A stretch of 54,865 nucleotides of DNA, taken from assembly GCA_020721205.1 (NCBI GenBank), contig DYNF01000010.1, forward strand, positions 1 to 54,865, read 5' to 3'. The notes below the pieces were generated by a model. That model did no database searches. It had not been told where the DNA came from and saw only the letters and a program-made list of their open reading frames with translations. Below are positions 53,981 to 54,865 of the stretch, one piece after another (position 1 is the first letter of the stretch; the number at the start of each line of letters is the position of its first letter). The position numbers and the translations under genes are program-made. The DNA comes from Prochloron sp. SulCav_FS08_3_32_3330 (GTDB lineage Bacteria > Cyanobacteriota > Cyanobacteriia > Cyanobacteriales > DYNF01).

Positions 53981-54637
53981 ATGATCAAATTATACCACGT
54001 TCCCCTTTCCTTTAATTCTCGAAGAATTTGGATTACTTTATTAGAAAAAGGCTTAGATTTTGAATTAATTGAAATGCAACTTAATGGAGATCAAATGACT
54101 CCCGAATTTGTTAAACTTAACCCTTTTCACCATATTCCCGTGTTAACAGATGGAGATTTTCGGGTAATCGAATCTTTTGCTATTCTTGACTATTTAGAAG
54201 CAAAATATCCTACCCCTCCTTTATTACCAAAAAATCCTGAATCTTTGGCAATAGTTAAAATGGTACAAATGGTAATAGTTAATGAGTTTGTCGGCTTAGG
54301 AATGCAACCTTTAATGCGTAAATCTATGCTATTAGGAGAAATCAGTGATGAGCAGTTAGAAAAAGCCCAAAAACAAACCGCTACTGTGTTAAATTTCTTA
54401 GAGGAATTATTGGGTGAAAATCCTTTTTTTGGAGGTGATCATTTAAGTTTAGCTGATATTGTGGCAGGGACAACTATTCCTTGGTTAAATATGTTAGGAT
54501 TTAGTCTTAATTCCTATCCAAAAATTCAAGCTTGGATTGCTAACTTAAATCAGCGTGAAAGTTGGCAAAAAACTGAACCTACGAAAACACAAATTGATGA
54601 TTTTGTTGGTAGAATGAAAGCGAGAATGGGTAAATAA
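53981..54637 (+). CDS. Glutathione S-transferase
   Basis: 218 aa. N-terminal thioredoxin-like GST domain is IKLYHVPLSFNSRRIWITLLEKGLDFELIE, followed by a C-terminal helical domain. Confidence 0.8.
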   Translation: MIKLYHVPLSFNSRRIWITLLEKGLDFELIEMQLNGDQMTPEFVKLNPFHHIPVLTDGDFRVIESFAILDYLEAKYPTPPLLPKNPESLAIVKMVQMVIVNEFVGLGMQPLMRKSMLLGEISDEQLEKAQKQTATVLNFLEELLGENPFFGGDHLSLADIVAGTTIPWLNMLGFSLNSYPKIQAWIANLNQRESWQKTEPTKTQIDDFVGRMKARMGK

Positions 54638-54638
54638 A

Positions 54639-54865
54639 AGTTTGTTGTTGTGCTTTAGCACCACTTAAATTATTAAAAAACTTTTTGATTTTATAAAGGA
54701 TTTTTTTTCTTAATTTATTAGTGCTGAAGCACAACAACGAACCTTTTTTTGTGCTGAAGCACAACAACGAACCTTTTTTTGTGCTGAAGCACAACAACGA
54801 ACCTTTTTTCGTGCTGAAGCACAACAACGAACCTTTTTTCGTGCTGAAGCACAACAACGAACCTT
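54639..54865. repeat. Palindromic repeat unit followed by at least 5 tandem copies of one arm (GTGCTGAAGCACAACAACGAACC + T7), running off the window end
   Basis: aagtttgttgttgtgctttagcaccac...; then (gtgctgaagcacaacaacgaacc ttttttt) 5 times with exact 30-bp period. The track ORF 54579-54857(-) is an artefact. Confidence 0.8.

Noticed and set aside
54718-54865. Possible CRISPR array: 5 exact direct repeats of 23 bp at 30-bp period
   Set aside because: The 'spacers' are all identical T7 runs and the repeat is one arm of the palindromic GCTTTAGCAC repeat family found at six other sites. There is no leader, cas genes or spacer diversity.
1-54865. Search for tRNA, rRNA and tmRNA genes in intergenic regions
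   Set aside because: No cloverleaf-compatible sequences or rRNA-like conserved blocks were seen. The GC-rich intergenic segments are all accounted for by the hairpin repeat families.

Overview
This ~55 kb window looks like chromosomal DNA from a low-GC (about 33%) unicellular cyanobacterium. The evidence is about 20 HIP1 octamers (GCGATCGC), STRR heptamer arrays, psaD, a fatty-acid desaturase (desC), a sucrose cluster and a XisH/XisI pair; I guess a Cyanobacterium/Geminocystis-like organism. Gene content is a patchwork of housekeeping, signalling and accessory genes, and short structured repeats and small mobile sequences fill nearly every intergenic space.

Housekeeping genes: methionine aminopeptidase (map), hisB, cobK, psaD, dusA, a Ca2+/H+ antiporter and a GST.

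Signalling genes: two hybrid dCache-HAMP histidine kinases, one followed by a REC-PAS-GGDEF regulator.

Sucrose cluster: sps, spp and a fructokinase.

Accessory genes, in order:
- A solo IS200/IS605-family TnpB with an intact RuvC triad.
- A DUF3368/UPF0175 pair.
- An OXA-like class D beta-lactamase.
- A 1290-aa protein with ten peptidoglycan-binding repeats plus a GH19 lysozyme-like domain.
- A frameshifted cupredoxin.
- A eukaryote-like major vault protein of 876 aa.
- An HTH-NB-ARC STAND NTPase.
- A 2021-aa RTX beta-roll protein with a duplicated leader.
- An SGNH + XisH + XisI + MBOAT operon.
- A compact operon of five small proteins (zinc ribbon, beta-sandwich-like, membrane and two unknowns) beside a standalone copy of the NB-ARC protein's HTH domain and a helically phased AAAGTCGG repeat array.

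Intergenic repeats fall into three families:
- A MITE-like element whose modules are terminator-type hairpins showing compensatory substitutions.
- A palindromic family (GGTTCGTTGTTGTGCTTTAGCAC / GTGCTGAAGCACAACAACGAACC) with arm covariation and tandem half-site arrays.
- STRR heptamers (CAGTGAA, GATAGTG) that also supply identical NSEQ-stop C-termini to two unrelated genes.

No rRNA, tRNA or CRISPR array was found. The most plausible candidates for something new are the small-protein operon with its repeat-decorated regulator locus, the modular covarying hairpin-repeat families, and the bacterial vault protein next to a STAND NTPase. None of these can be confirmed without database searches.
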